Below, piece after piece: positions 38,062 to 47,149 of a stretch of DNA of 47,149 nucleotides (position 1 is its first letter; every line of letters starts with the position of its first letter). The DNA lies in the NCBI GenBank assembly GCA_900617105.1, contig UYFQ01000558.1:1-47149 (forward strand). Reading direction: 5' to 3'. The notes beneath the pieces are model-generated. The model had not been told where the DNA came from and did not search any database. It saw nothing but the letters and a program-made list of their open reading frames with translations. Source of the DNA: Hydrurus foetidus (lineage: Eukaryota). The translations under genes and the position numbers were made by a program.

Positions 38062-38852
38062 TTGAATAATTCGTTGAGGATCTCCTAGATCAAACTGCTA
38101 TTGACGGCGATGAGCTGCCCATCGCGAAGGTTATTATTTGTCACGTGGCAACGTGCTCAGTTGGAGGTAACTGATGTGGTCGTAGAGATGATTCTCGATT
38201 CAAAGTTGATAGACGTCTGCCCCCATTACTTCCGAATATTTCTTCTTCAACTAAAGACAGGATATGATAAAGCTTCTATTAATGAAGCGTGGAAGTCATT
38301 GAGTAATCCCGAATGCTATACAGCGTGCTGAATTTCACTTGCTGTAGGAATATAAGTGAAAAGTCATACCTATTCAATGAGGAGGCAGTTTAAATCTGCT
38401 CAGCGGCGACCCTTCGCGAAAAATGTTCTTGGGAGCAATTGTTCTAGCGCATTGTCTATGAGTTGGACCTTCCACAGGTATAATTTGGTTGGGATGAATC
38501 GTCTTTCCCAGCATTTCTGAATCGAATTCCACTTAAATTGAACGGGCAGGACGAATCTGAACCTATCGGACAGGACAGATCCAAGATTGGACAAATGAAT
38601 GAAACGAACAGACTCATCTGCTGAAAAAATGTGCTATAGCGCTGTGCGAAGTAGAGATGATTACCATACTCCGAGAAGTAGAACACTGTTATGTTCTGTT
38701 CTCATCTTTCAGGCCTGAACGTCCGTTAAAAAGAGAGGGGACTTCCGTTAAACCTGATCAAGATCCCCCTGGGGAAAATCCCCCAGGGGAATTTATTTCG
38801 AAAATCGATGTGGCACAACATTTGGATTGTCGGCTACAGATGTCCCCGACTG

Positions 38853-39103
38853 TATTCCTCTGTATTCTCGCCGCTATCCGGCCATAAGATACCGGACCTC
38901 CCGGTTAAGGGGTTAACCTTTAAAGAACCCTTAAACCGGATAGGTACTCGTGAAAAGGGGCTACTAATTAACTCTTGTGATTTGCCCTACAAGTGGCGTC
39001 ACTCGCGCGCCTACTATTGTCCACCCACCCTATCCGCGTAGCCGCTGACTCAGTCGGCTGCGCTGGAATAGGATGGACCGTGGACCCAGATAAGCCCTTC
39101 ACC
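38853..39103. repeat. Split repeat B2 (251 bp)
   Basis: Matches 39429-39679 (tattcctctg...cccttcacc); no mismatch seen by eye. Confidence 0.95.
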
Positions 39104-39174
39104 GGCTGGCGCGCGTGCGGTCAGACGAAACACATTTACACAAAATCTGTAATAGGAATGGTTGGCTACGGGGT

Positions 39175-39427
39175 AAATAAAGTTGCTACGCTGCTGCAAT
39201 GACCAGCAAGCAGGTGCAGTGGATCAAACGCTGCGGTCAAGTCGTGACCGCAGCGTTTCAAAAGATGTGATGCATGCATGTGAGATAGCTATGCAACGAG
39301 ACTTGCTTCTCTCAGTTATAAATCATGTGGATGGAAGACTATTCGGTATACGGGACTGCCCGGTCGCATGGAATTCCGATCCAGAGAACCTATCCTACCC
39401 TCCGCAAGCTCCGATTATCCTCTAATT
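39175..39427. repeat. Split repeat A2 (253 bp)
   Basis: Matches 43711-43963 (aaataaagttgc...cctctaatt) with two substitutions seen. Confidence 0.95.
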
Positions 39428-39428
39428 C

Positions 39429-39679
39429 TATTCCTCTGTATTCTCGCCGCTATCCGGCCATAAGATACCGGACCTCCCGGTTAAGGGGTTAACCTTTAAA
39501 GAACCCTTAAACCGGATAGGTACTCGTGAAAAGGGGCTACTAATTAACTCTTGTGATTTGCCCTACAAGTGGCGTCACTCGCGCGCCTACTATTGTCCAC
39601 CCACCCTATCCGCGTAGCCGCTGACTCAGTCGGCTGCGCTGGAATAGGATGGACCGTGGACCCAGATAAGCCCTTCACC
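39429..39679. repeat. Split repeat B1 (251 bp)
   Basis: Second copy of 38853-39103, abutting A2 with a single intervening C. Confidence 0.95.
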
Positions 39680-39969
39680 CACCACAACCTAGGGCGCTGC
39701 TGGTTGTCTTGTACAGTGGTCTCCGCTGCACATGTGACTTCTCGCTATCATGCTCAGGTCATTAAGTCATGATACCCCGCCGCGAAACACCCTCTGCCCT
39801 GCAGCTGTCCTCGGTGACGCCCACTCTGTGCGGAAGTCAAATCTTCTATCCTGAGGTCGCGCTCTGTCCGACTCAAGCGGCTAACTCGAACCCAAGCGGT
39901 TACTCCAACGTTTGTCACGCACTAGCACTTGTTGAAGGCTTGCGCTGGGCAGCCACTGCGCCACGCTAT

Positions 39970-40097
39970 GCTACACTTCACTGTGCCGCACTGTACTGTG
40001 CTGCACTACACTGTAGTGCACTACACTGTACTGTACTGTGCTGCACTACACTGTACTACACTACACTATACTGTGCCGCACTGTACTGCACTGTACA
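39970..40097. repeat. Degenerate pentanucleotide microsatellite (CTGTA/CTACA/CTGTG) inside the split-repeat element
   Basis: Directly visible run of actgt/actac/gctgc units. Confidence 0.85.
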
Positions 40098-43041
40098 GCA
40101 TCCCCTGCCCCGCCTTCTCCAATCAGCCAAAATGCTCGTCCCCTTCCCGGTCCAGTACGCCCCCCATAGACACATCGGGTCTCTCTACTTCCCTAGCTTA
40201 TTCGTTTCGTTTTTTTAAAAAAATACGCTTACGCCGTTGATAACGAGAAAGATATTGCAGTTTATCCTCTATGTTGTGCTGCTGCTTGTAACTTATAAGC
40301 GGCACCGTAATAAGGGGGTCGCTAGACAGGGCAGACCATAGGGTCCCGGCTGAACATGCCTCCGCATTGATTTTATCGCAGCACACAGTCAGCACCGGAT
40401 AAGGACCAGACCTTGACAGAAAAGTTGATCTTCCAGTCGTACGTTGTCGCGTTGTGTACGAAAAGGAAGTCTTCCAGTGGAGGGGTTCCGAATGTCTTGT
40501 ATCCCCAAGTGTTTGTGTACGTACGGGTCGTGAGTACGTGCCCCACACCACGCAGATATTGCAGAGCAATTGCCATGTCTCTGTCGAATGCGTCAAACGC
40601 TGTAGGAGGAGTGCTATGTCCCTCCAGGGCCAAGTGGAAATATCCGGATAGCACAATAGATCCAGTCGTACGTACGAGCACAGATGGCTCTTAACCATCT
40701 TGCACGGTAAATGCCTCTGCAGACGGCTGGCGCTGCCACGGCTGGCGCTGACACCCCCGATACCTCTGCGCCCTCTGTCGCACCTCGCACTAACCCAACG
40801 TGCACTGTGCCGAGCTTTCCGCCGGGATGGCCAGCCATCGCGCTTTATTTCTGAAAGGTAGATGTTGGTGCGGGTAAGGTGAGTCTCCGCTCTCTTATAT
40901 GATTATGGTAAGGGCTTGCACTCGTGTGCGTGCGCCCTTACCAGGGCCATAGTCGCGTGGTATCCTGACAGATACAGTATACCACGCGGATATAGCCCAC
41001 ACATATACAATGCACTGAGCTTTCTACCGTCAACATGACGGCAGGACTGCTACTCACTGTAGCAGTCGGGCCTTTTCTACGGCTACACACAAGTGCCGTA
41101 GACAGTGCAAGGTGCTACAACACAAGTACAATCAGAGGCTTGTCATATCAAGCTTGTCACAAGTGCATAGACTGCATTCATACATTACAGGGCTGTTTCT
41201 TGTGCATGTGAAATCAGCCGTCACAGCGTGTACTGGGCCACACGACCACGACAGTACACACTCGACTCATTATCACACATGCACAGACAGTCACACCCAT
41301 AAATAACACACCAATCAACACTACGGGACTGTTTCTTGCGCATGTGAAGATTGCCCAACCAGGACAGTCTGCTATCTTCGGCTCACTGGCCTCAGACGGT
41401 GTATACCAGTCTACCACAGACGGTATACACCAGACGCCACTTCTCACACATGCACAGACAGACACACCCATCAGTGCTATGTTGTACACACTCGAATGAT
41501 ACTCATCATTCTTTGCTTACGCAGGGTGTGGATTCAACCTCGGTAAATCGGGTTGAATCCACAAAGCATCAACGCATACGCACACCACCAACACTATGGT
41601 GCCGTAAGTTCACATCAGCTTATCACTACTATGATCGCCTGCGATTTATCTATAACAATACACTCTCACCTAGAGGACATTGTCCTGCCGCGCCGCTCGT
41701 TGTGGCGTTGCCTTATTGACGGAAGGCACTGCGAAGGGTTCACCCTAGATAACCGCTGCACCCGCCGCTGCATCCTTTCTTCGCTAGGATCTTGGGACTA
41801 TCTGTTAAGATAGTTTTATAACAGTGCTCGCTGCAGCAGTGCCTTCTAGACGGTTTTTACTATATGGCAGCCGCACGGGTGGCTCACCGTGAAGAGCTGT
41901 GAGGCGTGTGGCTGCTCCATCTTGCGGCCCCCGCATATTGATCATGTTGGCCGCTTCCCAAACGCCGAATTAGATCGCGCGGTTGGGCCCCTCCTACGGG
42001 TGGCGATGACGTGTAAGACCTGTCGTGTATCCTTTGCATTGTCCAGGACTTCTAAATGCCTACGTAGACGATGCCGCTTTAGTACTTCAATTATCGATCT
42101 AACCCATCGTGTACAGCACGCCTACCACTGGCGAAAACACCCCCAAAACCTTTTCGCGTTCTGAAGTATAATAAATTCGTTCGGGCTTCACTGAACTTCG
42201 ATCATTACTGATCACTTGTACCTTCGAATTCAATAGACGGAATGGTACTATTCAAAAGACGAAATAGTAACCTATATTTCGTCTCAAGTACATAAAAACA
42301 TATAATATTCCGTGTTTTAAGTAAATTCACGTTTTTTTCTTTTTTCTTTTTTCTCAAAGAGCTCTTCTCCACATAGAGCTTTTGTATCATTTCATTTCCT
42401 TCTATATAGCCAAGAGTTTATTATTCATTTATAATCTTCTTGTTTCTTGCAAGAATAACCGTTTAACTGCTCTCATTCATTTATTCATTTTTGCTTTTAG
42501 TTTCATTCTTTGATTTTTGATTCGATCAGGAGCAACTACTGACACTCTTAGTCGGATGAGGTAGATAATCATCATTTTCTACGTGTCTGGAATAATTTTC
42601 TAGGGAAAGACGGAATGATATCCTATATTTCGTATCCAGTACAGAAAATCGCATAATATTCCGTATTCCAAATCCATCCACTTCTCTTTTCTTTTCTCTC
42701 AAAGAACTGTTTTAGAGTAGAAGACGGAGAGGAGTAGTTTCTGTAACAGTTCAATTATTTTCACTAATCTATTATTTATTTTTCATTCTCCTGCATTTTG
42801 CTTCATTTTTCCTTCATTTGCGGTCACCTATGTGTTATTTGTTATTCTTTAATATTACTTCTCTATTTCTCATTTTCGATTTGATTCGAAGCAGATACTG
42901 ATAGGCTGTGTCGCACTAGAAAGTTCCTGCGATTGTATCCACATCTTTATCTCCTCCTTTTTCTTTTACTTCGTTGTTGATCAGAATCCAAATTGTAGAA
43001 CGTGAAATGCATTTTCTCTATGATGTACCACAAGCTCATCT

Positions 43042-43118
43042 GGCCAAGTGGTGTAGCGGTGTCGTCACAAAATAAGATGCTCAGAGTCGAGGGGTTGATC
43101 CCCTCAGCGGCCTCTTTT
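43042..43118 (+). ncRNA. tRNA-derived Pol III-like module (pseudo-tRNA / SINE head)
   Basis: GGCC 5' end; A-box-like TGGTGTAGCGG; T-arm GAGGG-GTTGATC-CCCTC; 3' GGCC followed by TTTT. The anticodon arm is unpaired and short. Confidence 0.55.
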
Positions 43119-43146
43119 ACTTACAGCATATGAGTCGTGGAATAAG

Positions 43147-43665
43147 CTACACGCAACCCCCTAATGAGCCACCTACTTCTCGTCGACAGTGCCGCCACAT
43201 TGACGTCAAAAAGGAAATCTTAAGGTAGAGACGTGCCGGTCTGATTCCAGCTGATATCGGCGGTAGAATCCATTGCACGATTCTAACTCTAACAGCGGTG
43301 TCTCTATCCATTGCGAAGAGCTGATATCCCTTGCCTGTTCGCTCAGATCGATTGACAAAAAATGACCACAGAACTTGGACAGTGCTGATGCCCGGAAGAG
43401 ATGTGTCGAACAGACTCAGTAGCCTTCTAAAGCGCCTCCACTTTTCCTCCAAAGGTCTTTCACTGAACCTGGCATTCTGAACTACGCCCTTTTGTGCGTC
43501 TCCTTCTGAAAGATCACTATTCCCGATAGCTAGCACATCCCACGCGCACAAGCGCAGCTCGCTCGCTGTCTCGACGCCCCCTCCATTCCTCGAGACATTG
43601 AGAGAGCGAAGTATTTCTCCATCGACATTTTTAAAGTCGTTGGATAGTTCCAATTTCATATCCAT
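43147..43665 (-). CDS. Hypothetical ORF1-position (gag-like?) protein of the split-repeat element, probably truncated
   Basis: 172-aa ORF starting just inside the A1 repeat; no recognisable motif. Confidence 0.35.
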   Translation of the reverse strand: MDMKLELSNDFKNVDGEILRSLNVSRNGGGVETASELRLCAWDVLAIGNSDLSEGDAQKGVVQNARFSERPLEEKWRRFRRLLSLFDTSLPGISTVQVLWSFFVNRSERTGKGYQLFAMDRDTAVRVRIVQWILPPISAGIRPARLYLKISFLTSMWRHCRREVGGSLGGCV

Positions 43666-43710
43666 CGCCTTGCCGAATAATTTTCACTGTCCCAATGTTA
43701 CGCCGTTGCA

Positions 43711-43963
43711 AAATAAAGTTGCTACGCTGCTGCAATGACCAGCAAGCAGGTGCAGTGGATCAAACGCTGCGGTCAAGTCGTGACCGCAGCGTTTCAAAAG
43801 ATGTGATGCATGCATGTGAGATAGCTATGCAACGAGACTTGCGTCTCTCAGTTATAAATCATGTGGATGGAAGACTATTCGGTATACGGGACTGCCCGGT
43901 CGCTTGGAATTCCGATCCAGAGAACCTATCCTACCCTCCGCAAGCTCCGATTATCCTCTAATT
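43711..43963. repeat. Split repeat A1 (253 bp)
   Basis: Copy of 39175-39427. Confidence 0.95.
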
Positions 43964-44156
43964 TGCGCTGTCAACGGAAGTTTGCATCGGCGCATGAAAG
44001 TTTAAAGATGAGGTCTACAGTAATTCGGACGCCTAGGGAGTCAATCTACTACAGATACTGCGTGAGCATCTTCGAAGGAGTGCCTAGTCTGTTATCGACA
44101 GCGAAGCCCTAGCCAGTCCTGTTTGTTTTCTCTATTTTTACTAGTGTTTTTCAACG

Positions 44157-45222
44157 ATGTCATCAGGGTCAAGTAATCAATTACCTAAAGAGAATGTGGA
44201 ATTGTCTGATGAGGAATCTAACAATGGAGCTCCAACTGAAGTCAACCCACAGAAACGGCCTAAATTCAATCGAGATTCAAACACAGGCTATGGTCCTAAA
44301 TACACTTTAGCGAATGCAGTCTGGCAAGCAAAGTTATTCGCTGCGGCATATTATGAGCCTTCCAGCACTACAGAGGAAGGACAACGTTTCACTGAAAGCC
44401 TATCAAAAATAGTTCTGGCAAAACATGCGTAAATGGGACTACCAATAATGATTCCAGCAGATACTCCAAATAAAAACGAGTTGCTAAACGGAGACGAGTT
44501 GCTATCTCCACTCACCAGCTAAAGTTGAACTACAGGCTGGGCAGTTTTTAGTCTATGAAACTCCTGATCAATTTCTCACACCTCTAGGAATCAATGAGGT
44601 GGCTGTCAAAGGAATGTTATCTAAGCCGGGATTAGAAGAGCTAACACCTCTTTCAACTTATCGAGTAAGGAGTTCTGACTTAAGTATAACGGATGAATCA
44701 GGTAAGCCAATAGTTGGCGAGAAGGCTAAACAGAGTGGACTGTACTGTGTACTTGACCTGAATGGTATATTAAGGCCATGTTCTGGGAAGAGTGAAGGAG
44801 TTAAGAGAATGAGTAAAGTTGGTGGAATGATTAGACTGCTCGGCTGGGAGAGATTTCAAAAATTGGTATTGGATTTGGACTATAACTCAAAGCACTTCAT
44901 GACAAACTGTCAGCGGTACGAGGAAAGCGCTGCAGATTTGCCTGTCACGTCAACATTTAAGACACTGGGCAAACTCAGCCATATCAGTGACTTGCCTGTT
45001 TTTACAAACAATATTGGGACTGTGTAATATTGGGGACGTACCCTCAGTACGACAGAACAGTAATCTGTCTGGGTGACTTCATCAGAACTGATTCGACAAA
45101 AGTTCAGTGGAAGAAAGAGGCGTCCCGACAGGGAAGAATCATCCTCACTGATGCTCTCAGGAATGTCGAGAAGGTCTTCGAAGTTTTCTACGGTACACCG
45201 TATAAAAATTGTTTCGATACAA
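44157..45222 (+). pseudogene. Disrupted intronless ORF of unknown, probably transposon-derived, protein
   Basis: Consecutive protein-like ORF fragments 44157-44432, 44599-45027 and 45030-45227 are broken by stops and frameshifts. Composition changes abruptly at 45223. Confidence 0.5.
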
Positions 45223-47149
45223 TGTAGCCTTATTGCATCCCTATATGGATACAATGTGTCTAGGTTTACTAGGCACAATAGGCTCATTACGCCCAGATTC
45301 CAGTTTAGGTCTTAGTTCCATATATGACGTGAGTGCTCTTAGCGTACACATCACCTTCATCTATTTAACTGTAAGATATTAACACAAGTCTTTATCCCCT
45401 CGACTTTGCCTTCGTTTGTCCACGCCTTCCATCCTCCGCCTACTCCAACTTCGCCTCCCGTCCTAGGCCCCGCCGTCAGACCACAATATCGATATTCGGT
45501 CATCTACCGAAGTTTCCTCCGAGAAAATCTTTTCTCTTTTCCAACTTTTACCTTCGACTCTTTCTCAACTTTATCCATCACGTCAAAGTTATGGCGCTAC
45601 GCCGTCAAGAAAAGAAGACATCCTCCATCAACGCCCTTCGGCGAAAGCAGCAACCTCGTGCTGTAGCCGTCGCGTTCCGACAACGCTATGACGAGCACCA
45701 CAATCGTGGTGGAGACGCATAGTCTCCTGGGCCATCTGCGGCTCAGGACCCCGCCGGCGATCTGTCTGCACCGATTCCTCAGCGGAATTCGGAGCCTGCG
45801 GTCATGTCTGTCGTTGATATTCCTGTCATTTTGCGTTATCAGCATTGTCATTGCAACCAGCTTCGGCTGCGACACCAGCTTTAGCTGAGAATCCTATTCC
45901 AAGGACGATGGCACCATCCCAGCAATATGTGCAAACGGTGAGAGAGCTCCTAAGTTGAGCGCTGTGCCCTCTCGTCAGGAAGTACTACGGGTAATGGAGG
46001 TCCTCCTTTCAAATGGAACTCCATTTAAACCAGTTGACGTAGTCCATGTTTCCAACCATCAATCGTTTACAACGCTTCTCAAGCGTAAGTTTGCGACTGA
46101 TCCCGATCGTCGCGACTCCTGTAACAATTGGAAACATTGGTCGAATCAATTGTTCTGTAGAGAACTCAATCTCACAGTTCCTACATCAGCTGTCAATCGA
46201 ACTGACAAGCTGAGTTTCATTGAAACTGTCTCTCAGGTCGCACTTCAATTCGACCTGAAGGATAAATCAGTGGAAGACAAGACAGATCAGCTTTTAGCTG
46301 ATATTGTTGATGGATTCCCTGATGCAACACCCGCTCTCCAACTTCAGGCAACTAAAATTCTCATCGATAAGTTGCCAGTCGAACCTATCAATTGGAGAGC
46401 AGTGTTACAGCGTAGTCTTAACAATACAACGCCAAGACTCATTACAATCGAAGACTTTCGATTCGTATGGCTTGCGCAGCTTGCTAAGCTACGAGAATCA
46501 ATTGATGCCTTACGGTTCATTGATGTCTCTCCTTTGTATGGTGATCACTCTCGCCAAATCAAAGCTCCTCCTCGTTCCTCTCAGGACAAAAATACGAGAG
46601 AGCGAACAATCTCTGCACAGGTTGTGGGAGACTTGGCCATTTTGTTGCCACGTGTTTCTACACTACGTCTCCGTACTATAACAGTACAGACGCACCCTTC
46701 ATTAACTCTGAGGGTCATAAGCAATTGTTGAAAGTTGATCCACAGGCTAAGTTTATTCCAACTTTACCTAAGACATCGACCTCTTCTTCATCGTCTTCCT
46801 CTTCTTCTTCTTCTTCTTCTTCATCAAAACCTGCTACATCAACTCGAACGCTGCGAAGAAACACAAACGTGAGCAACTATGCAACCTAAATTCATCATCT
46901 ATTCTTTCCGATGATCCAGAACTTATTCCTTTCTTCGTATCTCCCCTCTCACAGGAGGTTATGCTGGAAAAAAGTAATAGAGTCTTTACTCTCCTGGACA
47001 CCGGCTCTTTTGCTGGCAACTTTATACATCGCCGTAACTATATCAAATTTACACAATTCGTTTCTAACTCTTCAAAGAAATTGAGTAAAGTTTGTAGTGG
47101 ATTAGATAATCATTGTTATGATATTTCTGACACTATAGACTTAACTCTT
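45223..47149 (+). mobile_element. Ty3/Gypsy-like LTR retrotransposon, 5' portion (putative LTR, degenerate gag, CCHC knuckle, aspartic protease)
   Basis: Gag-like ORF 45955-46610. Zinc knuckle CTGCGRLGHFVATC (CX2CX4HX4C) at 46614-46655 in a shifted frame. Retropepsin motif LLDTGS.AGNFI at 46991-47008, open to the window end. The LTR start at TGT 45223 is a guess because the second LTR is not in the window. Confidence 0.8.

Larger units (their letters stand above)
38853..43963 (-). mobile_element. Split-direct-repeat element (PAT/Ngaro/TOC1-type DIRS-order architecture), apparently non-autonomous
   Basis: A 251-bp repeat lies at 38853-39103 and 39429-39679; a 253-bp repeat lies at 39175-39427 and 43711-43963. 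Read on the minus strand the order is A1-4 kb-B1A2-71 bp-B2. A minus-strand ORF starts 46 nt inside A1. Confidence 0.8.

Noticed and set aside
34648..38534. agtggaattc / gaattccact inverted match around the transposase
   Set aside because: 10 bp only, not extendable and no TSD.
34778..38700. Fanzor/TnpB nuclease associated with the transposon
   Set aside because: No RuvC-like (D-x-G, E-x-L, RDxNAAxN) motifs were visible in any ORF of the region.
38853..39679. Short LTR element/TRIM or hammerhead retrozyme made of the two 251-bp repeats
   Set aside because: The repeats lack TG...CA ends, PBS/PPT and a hammerhead core. The second repeat pair at 43711 is better explained by split-direct-repeat architecture.
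34587..44066. ctcacgca / tgcgtgag as transposon terminal inverted repeats
   Set aside because: Only an 8-bp match and no TA target duplication on the flanks; compatible with chance.

Overview
Eukaryotic nuclear DNA with short GT-AG introns and the standard code. It most likely comes from a flagellated, plastid-bearing stramenopile (ochrophyte); this is inferred from ciliary genes plus signal-peptide/Phe-type plastid presequences. Positions 1-34.2 kb hold ordinary intron-rich host genes: a TTLL polyglutamylase, a TEX47-like protein, a HIG1-domain protein, a PhoD phosphatase, RPS13, a DUF3067 protein, a Myb-like protein, a PX-AGC kinase and a fibrillin-like protein, with intronic microsatellites. 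Positions 34.5-47.1 kb are a nest of mobile DNA. (i) An intron-containing IS630/Tc1/mariner-type DDE transposase is followed immediately by an 11.4-copy 66-bp array with higher-order structure. (ii) A 5.1-kb element is bounded by near-identical split direct repeats (A...BA..B, the PAT/Ngaro/TOC1 architecture). It has no recognisable RT or tyrosine recombinase, but carries a dense hairpin/four-way-junction region and a tRNA-like Pol III module. (iii) A decayed orphan ORF follows. (iv) The 5' part of a Ty3/Gypsy-like retrotransposon (gag, CCHC knuckle, aspartic protease) runs off the window end. Family calls come from motif recognition by eye, not database searches.
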